64,000 nucleotides of DNA from a bacterium (GTDB lineage Bacteria; Verrucomicrobiota; Verrucomicrobiia; Chthoniobacterales; JAFAMB01): contig JBKPCS010000094.1 of assembly GCA_046727495.1 (NCBI GenBank), positions 16,029 to 80,028 of the forward strand, read 5' to 3'. A program made the translations under genes and the position numbers. The notes below the pieces were generated by a model. It was not told the DNA's origin, made no database searches, and worked only from the letters and a program-made list of their open reading frames with translations. Every line of letters begins with the position of its first letter. Position 1 is the first letter of the stretch. Below, piece by piece: positions 36,326 through 45,306 of the stretch.

Positions 36326-36772
36326 TCAACCACGAATAACCACTGATCCTCCAGCCCGCTCGATTTGCGCTCGCGCTGCTCCGCTGAATTTATCGGCTTC
36401 GACCGTCAGCTTTTTGCTCAATTCACCGCGCGCTAGAATCTTCACACCGTCAAACTTTCCGCTGACAAATCCTTTGTCGCGCAGTAGCTGCTCGTTTACG
36501 TGGGTGTCGGCGTCAAGTTCGTTCAGGTCACCCACATTAACTATCGCATAGACCGTTTTGAATTCGGCGTTGTTGAATCCCCGCTTCGGCAACCGGCGAA
36601 TCAACGGCATCTGGCCGCCTTCAAACCCGAGGCGAAGACTTCCTCCGGAACGCGCTTTTTGGCCTTTGTGTCCCTTCCCGCTCGTCTTGCCATGACCAGA
36701 ACTCTCGCCGCAGCCGAGCCTCTTCGTGCGATGCTTCGCACCTGGACGAGGTTTTAGTTCGTGTAACCGCAT
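36326..36772 (-). CDS. rplO: 50S ribosomal protein L15
   Basis: MRLHELKPRPGAKHRTKRLGCGESSGHGKTSGKGHKGQKARSG...; position between rpsE and secY. Confidence 0.95.
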   Translation of the reverse strand: MRLHELKPRPGAKHRTKRLGCGESSGHGKTSGKGHKGQKARSGGSLRLGFEGGQMPLIRRLPKRGFNNAEFKTVYAIVNVGDLNELDADTHVNEQLLRDKGFVSGKFDGVKILARGELSKKLTVEADKFSGAARAQIERAGGSVVIRG

Positions 36773-36815
36773 AACAATAATAAAATTCTACGGGCGACCC
36801 AAGGGTCGTCCTGAT

Positions 36816-37334
36816 TTACTCTTTACCGCGCAACTTGAGGATGTCCTGTCTCTGCCGCAGGCCGCGTAAAGCTTCAATAGTCGCTTTCACCACGTTCGCG
36901 TGATTGCTGGATCCGAGCGATTTTGCGAGAACATCCTTGATTCCAGCAGCTTCCACAACCGCACGGACACCGCCACCAGCTATTACACCGGTACCAGGTG
37001 ATGCCGGGCGCAGCAGCACTCTGCCACCACCAAACTCCCCGATCACTTCATGGGGGATGGTGTTTTCGTGCACAGCAACCGAAACCATCGACTTACGGGC
37101 AGACTCAGACGCTTTTCGAATCGCTTCCGCCACTTCATTCGCTTTACCAAATCCGTACCCAACGCGTCCCTTATGATCTCCAGTAACAATCAACGCGCTG
37201 AAACTGAATCGGCGTCCGCCTTTTACAACCTTGGCGCATCTGTTGATGAACACCACCTTTTCGGTCGTATCAGAGGTGGGAGCGTTGCGCTCACTCGATC
37301 TGTCATTACGACGATGTCTTACTTCCGTTGCCAT
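36816..37334 (-). CDS. rpsE: 30S ribosomal protein S5
   Basis: 172 aa with [30 protein letters not shown]. No rpmD follows it (43-nt spacer only). Confidence 0.95.
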   Translation of the reverse strand: MATEVRHRRNDRSSERNAPTSDTTEKVVFINRCAKVVKGGRRFSFSALIVTGDHKGRVGYGFGKANEVAEAIRKASESARKSMVSVAVHENTIPHEVIGEFGGGRVLLRPASPGTGVIAGGGVRAVVEAAGIKDVLAKSLGSSNHANVVKATIEALRGLRQRQDILKLRGKE

Positions 37335-37381
37335 ATTTTCTTTTCATCACAAAAGCCAACACTTTGCCGGCTCTCTGCACA

Positions 37382-37738
37382 TCAAAACTCCAATCCCGCG
37401 GCGCGGGCTGCTTCTGCCAGTGCTTTCACTTTGCCGTGATAGGTGAATCCTCCGCGATCAAACACCACGGCCTTAACATTCTTCTGCAGGGTCCTTTCTG
37501 CGACTAGCGAACCTATTTTCCCCGCCATCGCTACGCCCGCATTGCTACGGGTTTTTCCTCGCACGCCCGGCTCAACCGTCGACGCAGCGGCTACTGTTTT
37601 GCCTGCCTGATCATCGATCACTTGTGCGTAAATGTGCTGACCCGAAAAATGAACAGCGAGACGAGGCCGGTCCTGTGCGCCTTGAACACGTTTGCGAATC
37701 CGTTTATGTCTGATTCGAACTCGATTAATCGTTGCCAT
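37382..37738 (-). CDS. rplR: 50S ribosomal protein L18
   Basis: 118 aa with RPRLAVHFSGQHIYAQVIDD and FDRGGFTYHGKVKALAEAAR. Confidence 0.95.
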   Translation of the reverse strand: MATINRVRIRHKRIRKRVQGAQDRPRLAVHFSGQHIYAQVIDDQAGKTVAAASTVEPGVRGKTRSNAGVAMAGKIGSLVAERTLQKNVKAVVFDRGGFTYHGKVKALAEAARAAGLEF

Positions 37739-37750
37739 CTGTTTACCCCC

Positions 37751-38290
37751 TTATTGAACCGTCTTTCCTTCCTTCCGGAGAATCTGTTCGCCGGTATAGC
37801 GAATTCCCTTGCCCTTATACGGCTCAGGTGGGTAGTAGGACCGGATATCAGCCGCCACCTGGCCTACGACCTGCTTATCGATCCCCTCAATTAAGATCTT
37901 GGTATTCTCCTGCACCGTAATCTTGATCCCCGCCGGAATCGGAAAAACGATCGGGTGCGAATAACCAAGACTCAAATTCAGATTCTTGCCTTGAACGTGA
38001 GCCCGGAATCCGACCCCTTGAATCTCAAGGGATTTTTCGAATCCCTTGCTCACTCCTATCACCATATTATTGATGAGGCTGCGCGAGAGCCCATGAAGCG
38101 CCCGAACATTACGGGCCTCAGTTGCTCGATCAAGAACGGCTTCTTTCCCTTCGACGCGCAACTTGATCTGTCGCGGCAACACCCATTCCAGTTTCCCTTT
38201 AGGTCCTTCGACCTTCACTGATCCGCCGTCGGTAACAGCGAGCTTGACCTTGTCTGGAATTTCGATGCTTTTTTTACCGATACGAGACAT
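37751..38290 (-). CDS. rplF: 50S ribosomal protein L6
   Basis: MSRIGKKSIEIPDKVKL... Start chosen at ATG 38290, 13 nt after the rpsH stop. The ORF opens at 38323. Confidence 0.95.
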   Translation of the reverse strand: MSRIGKKSIEIPDKVKLAVTDGGSVKVEGPKGKLEWVLPRQIKLRVEGKEAVLDRATEARNVRALHGLSRSLINNMVIGVSKGFEKSLEIQGVGFRAHVQGKNLNLSLGYSHPIVFPIPAGIKITVQENTKILIEGIDKQVVGQVAADIRSYYPPEPYKGKGIRYTGEQILRKEGKTVQ

Positions 38291-38303
38291 TCCCAAATCC
38301 TCC

Positions 38304-38702
38304 TTACCAAACGACGGCAACAAGTTCTCCGCCTACCTTTTCTTTTCGCGCCTGGCGCCCAGTAATAACGCCGCGTGAGGTCGAGAGAATCGCCACACCC
38401 ATCCCGCCCAACACACGCGGTATATCAGCAGATCCCACATATTTGCGAAGGCCCGGACGGCTGACTCGCCTCAACCCGCTCAGCGCGGGAACCCGATTGA
38501 CGAACTTCATCGTCACTTTGATCTGTGCCGGCTTGACCTGCGTATCAATTTCGAACCCGGTTATGTACCCCTCTTGTTTGAGGATCTTCGCGATCTCTTC
38601 TTTCATTCGAGAATAGGGCACCGACACGTCGTTGCGGCTGGATCGGGCTGCGTTACGAAGCCTGGTCAAAAAATCTGCGATCGGATCTGAAAGAGTACTC
38701 AT
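38304..38702 (-). CDS. rpsH: 30S ribosomal protein S8
   Basis: 132 aa: DPIADFLTRLRNA... Its start overlaps the rplE stop by 4 nt, leaving no room for rpsN. Confidence 0.95.
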   Translation of the reverse strand: MSTLSDPIADFLTRLRNAARSSRNDVSVPYSRMKEEIAKILKQEGYITGFEIDTQVKPAQIKVTMKFVNRVPALSGLRRVSRPGLRKYVGSADIPRVLGGMGVAILSTSRGVITGRQARKEKVGGELVAVVW

Positions 38703-39280
38703 CGAACGTTCTCCTGCGCTTGCGTCGTCAGCTTCCGGTCGCTGAATGGCACGCCCAATTCCGTGAGAAGCGCCTTTGCTTCCTCATTGGTCCTGGCTGT
38801 AGTAACAATTGTAATATCGAAGCCGACGTTGCGCTTAATCTTGTCGAGCTCCACCTCCGGAAAGATAGACTGGTCCTGTACGCCCAGCGTGTAGTTGCCG
38901 CGGCCATCAAAAGACTTGGCCGAGATGCCGCGAAAATCTCGAATTCGCGGCAATGCCATCTTGATCAGACGCTCCAGGAATTCGTACATGCGATCACCTC
39001 GCAAAGTCACTTTCGCTCCAATCGCTTGCCCTTTACGGAGCTTAAAATTGGAGATGCTCTTCTTTGATTTCGTTTCCGCGGGCTTCTGGCCGGTGACCAA
39101 AGAAAGCTCTTTCATTGCTTCCTCAAGCGCCTGCTTGGCATCGCTCGATTGCGCCGAAATACAGGTATTCAGGACGACTTTATCGACCTTCGGGACCTGC
39201 AAGGTATTCTTGTAACCGAGCTTCTGTTGAAGCGCCGGTACGACTCTTTCCTTGTATTCCTTATATAGCTCAGCTTGCAT
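38699..39280 (-). CDS. rplE: 50S ribosomal protein L5
   Basis: 193 aa with VPKVDKVVLN and FRGISAKSFDGRGNYTLGVQDQSIFPE. Confidence 0.95.
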   Translation of the reverse strand: MQAELYKEYKERVVPALQQKLGYKNTLQVPKVDKVVLNTCISAQSSDAKQALEEAMKELSLVTGQKPAETKSKKSISNFKLRKGQAIGAKVTLRGDRMYEFLERLIKMALPRIRDFRGISAKSFDGRGNYTLGVQDQSIFPEVELDKIKRNVGFDITIVTTARTNEEAKALLTELGVPFSDRKLTTQAQENVR

Positions 39281-39283
39281 TGC

Positions 39284-39556
39284 TTACTCCTTCTGCCCCT
39301 TCTTAGCCGGCCGGCCCGCGTGCGCCTGAACCAACTCGACATTCGAAATGTGAATCGGTCCTTCGCGCGTAATGATCGCGCCATTCGGATGATCTTGAGA
39401 CTTGCGTTGAGTCTTTTTGATCATTCGAACTCCTTCGATCAGCACCTGCTGTTTCTTGGCCAGAACCTGGAGAATCTTGCCGGACGCTCCCCGGTGATTA
39501 CCGGAGATCACGCGAACCTCGTCGCCTTTTTTAACATGGAACGTCGATTTGCTCAT
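39284..39556 (-). CDS. rplX: 50S ribosomal protein L24
   Basis: 90 aa with the KOW motif [16 protein letters not shown]. Confidence 0.93.
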   Translation of the reverse strand: MSKSTFHVKKGDEVRVISGNHRGASGKILQVLAKKQQVLIEGVRMIKKTQRKSQDHPNGAIITREGPIHISNVELVQAHAGRPAKKGQKE

Positions 39557-39918
39557 AGGACCTCCGGGGCGAGCGATATAATCTTCATGAAATTCTTCTC
39601 GCGCAATTCGCGGGCAACCGGGCCGAAGATACGGGTACCGCGAGGATTCGAATCCTTGTCGATAATGACAATCGCATTGTTATCAAATCGCAGATAGGAC
39701 CCGTCCTTACGCTTCACCGGCTGGCGCGTCCGCACTACAACCGCACGGACGACTTCACCTTTCTTAACGGTGCCATTAGTTGAAGCTTCCCGAACGTGCG
39801 CAGTAATCACATCGCCGACCGAAGCGTACAACGCCGCCTTACCGATCACGCCGATCATCTTCGCCATTCTCGCGCCGGTGTTATCGGCGACATTCAACCT
39901 GGAACGAATCTGAATCAT
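39553..39918 (-). CDS. rplN: 50S ribosomal protein L14
   Basis: [17 protein letters not shown]..., 121 aa. Confidence 0.96.
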   Translation of the reverse strand: MIQIRSRLNVADNTGARMAKMIGVIGKAALYASVGDVITAHVREASTNGTVKKGEVVRAVVVRTRQPVKRKDGSYLRFDNNAIVIIDKDSNPRGTRIFGPVARELREKNFMKIISLAPEVL

Positions 39919-39933
39919 TTTTCTGGTCTCCCT

Positions 39934-40281
39934 TTAATGTTTCAGGACCTCGACCAGGCGCCAGCGTTTCAGCCGGCTCAAGGGGCGGGTTTCTTCAATT
40001 CGAACCAGGTCGCCAATGGCGCACTGCTTCTGTTCATCGTGCGCGTACAGTTTTTTTGTACGTTTCACGATCTTGCCAAATTTCGGATGCGGTACACGAC
40101 GAACTACGGCAACCACAATCGTCTTTTCCATTTTGTTGGAAACGACCTCGCCGACCCGCGTTTTCCGAAGATGCCGCTTCGGAAGGACAGACTGCTGCGC
40201 TTCCGGCGCCGCTTGCTTTTCAGCTTCGGTTGCCGGAACCGCCGTGGCAGTACCTTCAGCATTTACAGTCTCTTCACTCAT
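39934..40281 (-). CDS. rpsQ: 30S ribosomal protein S17 with a ~35-aa N-terminal extension
   Basis: The core [45 protein letters not shown] is canonical. It is preceded by [32 protein letters not shown]. Confidence 0.9.
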   Translation of the reverse strand: MSEETVNAEGTATAVPATEAEKQAAPEAQQSVLPKRHLRKTRVGEVVSNKMEKTIVVAVVRRVPHPKFGKIVKRTKKLYAHDEQKQCAIGDLVRIEETRPLSRLKRWRLVEVLKH

Positions 40282-40322
40282 AAATTCTCTTTTTCCTTAC
40301 CCCTCGCTCTTAGCGAACGCAT

Positions 40323-40359
40323 GAGTCCGGCCGCGGCCGGATCAAGCTCAGCCCTACCG
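40323..40359 (-). repeat. dispersed repeat family A, copy 4, inside the S10 operon (rpmC-rpsQ spacer), overlapping the rpmC stop
   Basis: gagtccggccgcggccggatcaagctcagccctaccg matches the reverse complement of 18907-18954 (gagtccggccgctgccggataaagctcagccctaccg). It contains the perfect 16-nt palindrome tccggccgcggccgga. Confidence 0.75.
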
Positions 40360-40584
40360 ACCTTGGGTCCCGGGCGTGGATGCGGGTGCCTGGCGCCCCG
40401 CGGCGCGCTCGGTTAAAACAGTCTCGATTCGGGCAACTTCGCGGCGATTAATTTTGATGACGCTCGGTCTTTCCAGTGATCCGGTCTGTTGTTGGAGTCG
40501 AAAGTTAAATATCTCCTTGCGCAGGTCGCGCCGACGCGTGACCAACTCTTCCGTACTCAGTTCCCGTAATTCTTTGATCTTCAT
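40354..40584 (-). CDS. rpmC: 50S ribosomal protein L29 with a ~20-aa C-terminal extension
   Basis: MKIKELRELSTEELVTRRRDLRKEIFNFRLQ... Start chosen at ATG 40584, 19 nt after the rplP stop. Confidence 0.9.
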   Translation of the reverse strand: MKIKELRELSTEELVTRRRDLRKEIFNFRLQQQTGSLERPSVIKINRREVARIETVLTERAAGRQAPASTPGTQGR

Positions 40585-40603
40585 CACACTATCCTCAAGC
40601 TGC

Positions 40604-41026
40604 TCAGGCAGCAGCATGTTGCCGGGTCACGAACCGCGTACGGACCGGCAGCTTGGTCGCGGCCAACCGCAACGATTCGCGCGCAAGCGATTCCGGCACG
40701 CCGTCGAGTTCAAAAATGATGTTGCCCGGTCTAACCGTTGCAACCCAATATTCGGGGTTCCCTTTCCCTTTCCCCATTCGGGTCTCTGGTGGACGCTGCG
40801 TAACCGATTTGTCCGGGAAAATCTTAATCCAGAGCTTCCCTTTTCTTTTCATGTTGCGAGTTAACGCAACACGCGCCGCTTCGATCTGCGTGTTAGTGAT
40901 CCACGCGCGATCGAGCGTCTGTAAAGCGTACTCGCCAAAGGCGATCGTGATGTTCCGGGTCGCAGTGCCTGCACGGCTACCACGCTGCGATTTCCGGTAC
41001 TTCACTCTTTTCGGCATTAACGGCAT
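40604..41026 (-). CDS. rplP: 50S ribosomal protein L16
   Basis: [20 protein letters not shown]..., 140 aa. Confidence 0.96.
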   Translation of the reverse strand: MPLMPKRVKYRKSQRGSRAGTATRNITIAFGEYALQTLDRAWITNTQIEAARVALTRNMKRKGKLWIKIFPDKSVTQRPPETRMGKGKGNPEYWVATVRPGNIIFELDGVPESLARESLRLAATKLPVRTRFVTRQHAAA

Positions 41027-41041
41027 AAAAAGTTCTCCTTC

Positions 41042-41719
41042 CTACTGGCGAGCGGGTGCAGCAGATTCTCCCTCCTTCTTTTGGGCCGGTTCAGCCGTAT
41101 CCAGCTTACAGATCCAGCATTTTACGCCGATCTTCCCATAGACGGTGTCGGCTTCGGCGAACCCGTAGTCGATCGGTGTTCGCAGGGTATGCAGCGGAAT
41201 CTTGCCTTCGCGATACCATTCAGCACGCGAGATGTCGGCTCCACCTAATCGGCCGGAACAGCGGATCTTGATGCCGAGCGCACCAAAATCCATCGTGGTT
41301 TGAACGGCCTTCTTCATCGCGCGGCGGAACGAGATTCGGCGCTCGATCTGAAGCGCGACATTTTCAGCCACTAGCTGCGCGTCGAGCTCAGGGGTCTTGA
41401 TTTCCTGGATATCGATCTTGACCTGTTTGCCGCCCGACATGCGGGAGATCTCCTCGGTCATACGCTCGATTTCCGCCCCTTTTCGCCCAATGACGATGCC
41501 CGGGCGCGCTGTATAAATCGTAACGCGAATGCTATTCCATGCCCGCTCGATAACGATCTTGGACACCGCCGCCATCGCCAGCTTTTCTTTGACGAATCGA
41601 CGAATCCGCAAATCCGTATGAAGAAATTCAGGGAACTCTTTAGAGGAGGCATACCAACGGGATCGCCACTCTTTATTGAGTGCGAGTCGGAAGCCGATTG
41701 GATTAACTTTTTGTCCCAT
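41042..41719 (-). CDS. rpsC: 30S ribosomal protein S3
   Basis: [24 protein letters not shown]..., 225 aa. Confidence 0.96.
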   Translation of the reverse strand: MGQKVNPIGFRLALNKEWRSRWYASSKEFPEFLHTDLRIRRFVKEKLAMAAVSKIVIERAWNSIRVTIYTARPGIVIGRKGAEIERMTEEISRMSGGKQVKIDIQEIKTPELDAQLVAENVALQIERRISFRRAMKKAVQTTMDFGALGIKIRCSGRLGGADISRAEWYREGKIPLHTLRTPIDYGFAEADTVYGKIGVKCWICKLDTAEPAQKKEGESAAPARQ

Positions 41720-41721
41720 AC

Positions 41722-42270
41722 TTATTCTTTCTCTTCCGGATTGCTCTGGGTTTCGGCGGCAGGCTTGTCCGCCGTAGCCTCGGAGGCGGAGGTAGAGGTC
41801 TGCTGCTCTGCAGCCGGCGCGTTTGGCGTTTCGCCTTTGCCGCTTGGCGTTCGGCGTTTTCGCTGCGTCGTTCCGCGTTTCGCCTTCGTTTTATCTTCGG
41901 CCGCTTTCTTGGAGCGTTTGGTCTCTGTCTTAGGCTGGAAATCGTCGCTTAAAATTATGCGAATATGGCTGGTTCGTTTCCTGATCGGGCTCGCGCCGCC
42001 TCGCGCACGGGCGCGGAACCGCTTGAGAGTCGGTCCTTCGCCGACGACGGCTTCGCGAACCAGCAAGGTATCGACCTTGAGATTGGCATTGTTTTCCGCG
42101 TTAGCGATCGCGCTCTTCAAGGTCTTCTTTACCAGGACGGCGGCCTTTTTTGGGCTGAACGTCAGCAAATCCAAGGCGTCCGAAGCGGAATGGCCCTGGA
42201 TTTCCCGGGTAACTTCTCGCGCTTTGAACGGAGAGATTCGTGCGAATCGATGAATTGCTTTTACTTGCAT
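41722..42270 (-). CDS. rplV: 50S ribosomal protein L22 with a ~70-aa basic low-complexity C-terminal extension
   Basis: The core ends around ...[13 protein letters not shown]. The tail is [73 protein letters not shown]. The stop lies 2 nt before the rpsC start. Confidence 0.93.
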   Translation of the reverse strand: MQVKAIHRFARISPFKAREVTREIQGHSASDALDLLTFSPKKAAVLVKKTLKSAIANAENNANLKVDTLLVREAVVGEGPTLKRFRARARGGASPIRKRTSHIRIILSDDFQPKTETKRSKKAAEDKTKAKRGTTQRKRRTPSGKGETPNAPAAEQQTSTSASEATADKPAAETQSNPEEKE

Positions 42271-42291
42271 CAGTTTGTTCCCCGAACGCTC

Positions 42292-42570
42292 TTACTTCGT
42301 TACCTTGGCGGTGTGAGCGCCGTGCTTCTTAAAGACACGGGTCGGCGAAAACTCGCCAAGCTTGTGCCCAACCATGTTCTCGGTCACAAACACCGAATTG
42401 AAAACCTTGCCGTTATGCACCAGAAACGTGTGCCCGACGAAATCAGGGGTGATCATCGATCGGCGCGACCAAGTCTTGATCGGTCTCTTGGCGCCGCCGC
42501 CACTCATCTTCTCGATTTTTTCAAGAAGCTTGAAATCTACGAACGGACCTTTTTTTAGTGATCTACCCAT
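42292..42570 (-). CDS. rpsS: 30S ribosomal protein S19
   Basis: [19 protein letters not shown]...HNGK..., 92 aa. Confidence 0.96.
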   Translation of the reverse strand: MGRSLKKGPFVDFKLLEKIEKMSGGGAKRPIKTWSRRSMITPDFVGHTFLVHNGKVFNSVFVTENMVGHKLGEFSPTRVFKKHGAHTAKVTK

Positions 42571-42573
42571 AGG

Positions 42574-43425
42574 TTACTTCATCTTCTTTTTGCTTTTACG
42601 CCGCTCTACGATGAACGCATCGCTCGGCTTGTGTTTACGCCGGGTCTTGAATCCCTTAGCGAGTTGACCCCAAGGGCTGACCGGATGATGCCGGCCGCCG
42701 CCGCCTTTACTCTTACCTTGGCCACCACCCATCGGGTGATCGATCGGATTCATCGACATACCGCGCACATGCGGTCGTTTGCCCAGCCAGCGAGTCCGAC
42801 CCGCTTTGCCGCTGGAAACGTTCATGTGCTCGACGTTGCCGACTTGGCCGATCGTTGCATAAGCATTCTCGTTGATCCGGCGTGTCTCACCCGAAGGCAT
42901 GCGCACCAGGGCGTAGCCACCTTCGCGGTTGCTCAAAGTCGCTTGTTGTCCTGCACTTCGGGCAATCTGTCCGCCGCGACCTGGCACGATCTCTACGTTA
43001 TGAATAATCGTCCCGAGAGGGATGCCTTTCAGCGGCAGTGCATTGCCGAGATCTGGGGGAGCATTTTCTCCCGCAACAACCTTCGCGCCGACTTGCAGCC
43101 CGTTCGGAGCCAGAATGTACGCCTTCTCGCCATTTGAATATTTCAATAGGGCGATCCGAGCCGAACGATTCGGATCGTACTCAATTGCTTCCACCGAGGC
43201 GGCAACATCGCGAAGCTTGCGCTTGAAGTCGACAACCCGATATTTGCGCTTGTGGCCGCCTCCGATATGGCGCGATGTGAGCCGGCCATTATTGTTGCGC
43301 CCACCTGTTCGCTTGAGTGGTTCGACCAGACTTTTCTCCGGCCTATCCTTGGTAATCTCATCAAACGACGGCGTTTGCTTGAAACGCTGCGTCGGAGTGA
43401 GAGGTCTGAAATTCTTAAGTGCCAT
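42574..43425 (-). CDS. rplB: 50S ribosomal protein L2
   Basis: 283 aa with [15 protein letters not shown] and [18 protein letters not shown]. Confidence 0.97.
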   Translation of the reverse strand: MALKNFRPLTPTQRFKQTPSFDEITKDRPEKSLVEPLKRTGGRNNNGRLTSRHIGGGHKRKYRVVDFKRKLRDVAASVEAIEYDPNRSARIALLKYSNGEKAYILAPNGLQVGAKVVAGENAPPDLGNALPLKGIPLGTIIHNVEIVPGRGGQIARSAGQQATLSNREGGYALVRMPSGETRRINENAYATIGQVGNVEHMNVSSGKAGRTRWLGKRPHVRGMSMNPIDHPMGGGQGKSKGGGGRHHPVSPWGQLAKGFKTRRKHKPSDAFIVERRKSKKKMK

Positions 43426-43440
43426 CGTTCCGTATCCTGT

Positions 43441-43725
43441 TTATGCCAGATCGATTTTTTCTCCCTCGGCCAATGTCACGATCGCCTTCTTCCAATGCGC
43501 GCGCCGTCCGAAATCGGCCCGTCGTTCTCTCTTCTTCTTGCCGGCGTATTGGCTTGTGTTGACTCGGAGCACTTTCTTTCCGAAGAGTTCCTCGATCGCT
43601 TTTTTTATCTGGAGCTTGTTTGCCCGCGGATCGACCCGAAATACATATTGATTATGCTTCTCGCCAAGCAGGCTAGCTTTCTCCGTCAGGCGGATATTCT
43701 GAATCAAGTAAGTTGAATCACTCAT
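43441..43725 (-). CDS. rplW: 50S ribosomal protein L23
   Basis: 94 aa, located between rplD and rplB. Contains LTEKASLLGEKHNQYVFRVDPRANKLQIKKAIEELF. Confidence 0.93.
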   Translation of the reverse strand: MSDSTYLIQNIRLTEKASLLGEKHNQYVFRVDPRANKLQIKKAIEELFGKKVLRVNTSQYAGKKKRERRADFGRRAHWKKAIVTLAEGEKIDLA

Positions 43726-44330
43726 GCCAGTCTCTCCGCCAATGCGGCCAACGCCTCGTTGGTCACGATAATTTTCTGAAAACCGAGGAGTTGCTCAGTG
43801 TTTACTTCCGAGGCGGTATTCAGCACCACTGGTTGAATGTTCCGCGCGGCTTTGTAGGTGTTGTCGTCAAACTTAGTCGAGATCACCAGGACCTTCTTTG
43901 CATCTGTTTGCGTCTTCAGGAACGACACAAAGTCTTTCGTTTTCGGTTTATCCACCGTGATCGACTCGGTCACCAAAACGTCTCCCGCCAAAATGCGTGA
44001 GCTGAGCGCTTTGAGGAAAGCCAGCCTCTTCACTCCTTTTTGAATTGTCTTTGAATAGTCTCGAGGCTTGGGACCAAATACCACGCCGCCGTGAGTCCAG
44101 ATCGGGGAGGATTTGTAGCCTGCCCGCGCCCGTCCGGTACCTTTCTGTCGCCATGGCTTTTTGCCGGAGAAGGCGACGTCGGCCTTTGTCTTGGTATTGG
44201 CAGAACCGCTTCGCCGGTTGGCCCGCATCGCGACCACCGCATCGTGGACAGCCTGCGTTCCGCGACCGTTCTCGATTACGTCTATCTTGGCCTTCTTCGC
44301 GGCCTCAACTGTCAGAACTGTCGCGCTCAT
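43722..44330 (-). CDS. rplD: 50S ribosomal protein L4
   Basis: 202 aa with KPWRQKGTGRARAG. Confidence 0.95.
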   Translation of the reverse strand: MSATVLTVEAAKKAKIDVIENGRGTQAVHDAVVAMRANRRSGSANTKTKADVAFSGKKPWRQKGTGRARAGYKSSPIWTHGGVVFGPKPRDYSKTIQKGVKRLAFLKALSSRILAGDVLVTESITVDKPKTKDFVSFLKTQTDAKKVLVISTKFDDNTYKAARNIQPVVLNTASEVNTEQLLGFQKIIVTNEALAALAERLA

Positions 44331-44974
44331 TCAGCTTTCCCTCCGTCGGCTGGCTTTTTCTTGGCCGGACGCACCATCACGTAGCTGCCATTGGCGCCAG
44401 GCACGGCGCCGCAGATCAATATGACATTCTCGTCCGGGCGAACCTGAACAATCCGCAGGTTCTGTACCGTTACCTGTTCGTCACCGAGATGACCTGGCAT
44501 ACCCATGTTCTTCCACACGCGCCCTGGAGTCGATCGGTTACCGATCGCACCGTTGCGGCGATGCATTTTTGAACCGTGGGCCGCGGGTTGTCCGGCGAAG
44601 TTGTGCTTCTTTACAACTCCCTGGAAGCCTTTCCCTTTCGAGCGCCCGATGACGTCAACAAACTGGCCAACCTCAAACTGCGAGACTCCGAGATTCAACT
44701 CGCCTTCTACTGGCGAAGACAAACGAAACTCCCGGACAAACTTCTTGGCCTCGGCATTTGCTTTCTTGAAGTGCCCAAGCAGCGGTTTCGTGACGCGCGA
44801 TTCTTTTTGCGAATCAAAGCCTACCTGGACCGCGTCATAGCCATTCTTTTCCTGGCTCTTGACCTGGAGGACCGCGTTGTCTCCGGCTTCAATCACGGTC
44901 ACAGGCGTAGCTTTACCGTTCGCGTCGTAGACGCGCGTCATCCCGATCTTTTTTCCTAGTAATCCGATCTTCAT
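44327..44974 (-). CDS. rplC: 50S ribosomal protein L3
   Basis: 215 aa: LGKKIGMTRVYD...GKGFQGVVKKHNF. Confidence 0.96.
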   Translation of the reverse strand: MKIGLLGKKIGMTRVYDANGKATPVTVIEAGDNAVLQVKSQEKNGYDAVQVGFDSQKESRVTKPLLGHFKKANAEAKKFVREFRLSSPVEGELNLGVSQFEVGQFVDVIGRSKGKGFQGVVKKHNFAGQPAAHGSKMHRRNGAIGNRSTPGRVWKNMGMPGHLGDEQVTVQNLRIVQVRPDENVILICGAVPGANGSYVMVRPAKKKPADGGKAE

Positions 44975-44991
44975 TCTTTGCGGGATAACAG

Positions 44992-45303
44992 CTAGATCTT
45001 GATGGTGATATCGACCCCAGCAGGCAGATTGAGCTTTCGCAGCTCGTCGACGGTCTTTGCTGTCGGCTCGATGATGTCGAGCAACCGCTTGTGGGTTCGC
45101 ATTTCAAATTGGTCCATCGACTTTTTGTCGACATGTGGCGAACGGTTCACCGTCCATTTCTCGATCTGAGTGGGGAGCGGGATTGGGCCGGCCACCTTTG
45201 CGCCTGTGCGCTTCGCTGTCTCGACAATCTCAACGGCAGACTGATCGAGCATGCGATAGTCGAAGCCTTTAAGGCGGATGCGGATGCGTTGACCATTCGT
45301 CAT
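44992..45303 (-). CDS. rpsJ: 30S ribosomal protein S10
   Basis: 103 aa: [17 protein letters not shown]...GPIPLPT. Its start lies 3 nt after the fusA stop. Confidence 0.96.
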   Translation of the reverse strand: MTNGQRIRIRLKGFDYRMLDQSAVEIVETAKRTGAKVAGPIPLPTQIEKWTVNRSPHVDKKSMDQFEMRTHKRLLDIIEPTAKTVDELRKLNLPAGVDITIKI

Positions 45304-45306
45304 AAA

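Noticed and set aside
34741-36346. Long plus-strand ORFs (282 aa, 220 aa and others) opposite secY
   Set aside because: They are antisense to a canonical, full-length SecY. The sequences are compositionally odd (Arg/His/Gly-rich) with no motifs. These are typical shadow ORFs.
41618-42253. 211-aa plus-strand ORF opposite rplV/rpsC, plus many similar ORFs across 31-48 kb
   Set aside because: They are shadow ORFs antisense to highly conserved ribosomal protein genes, and none has recognisable domains.
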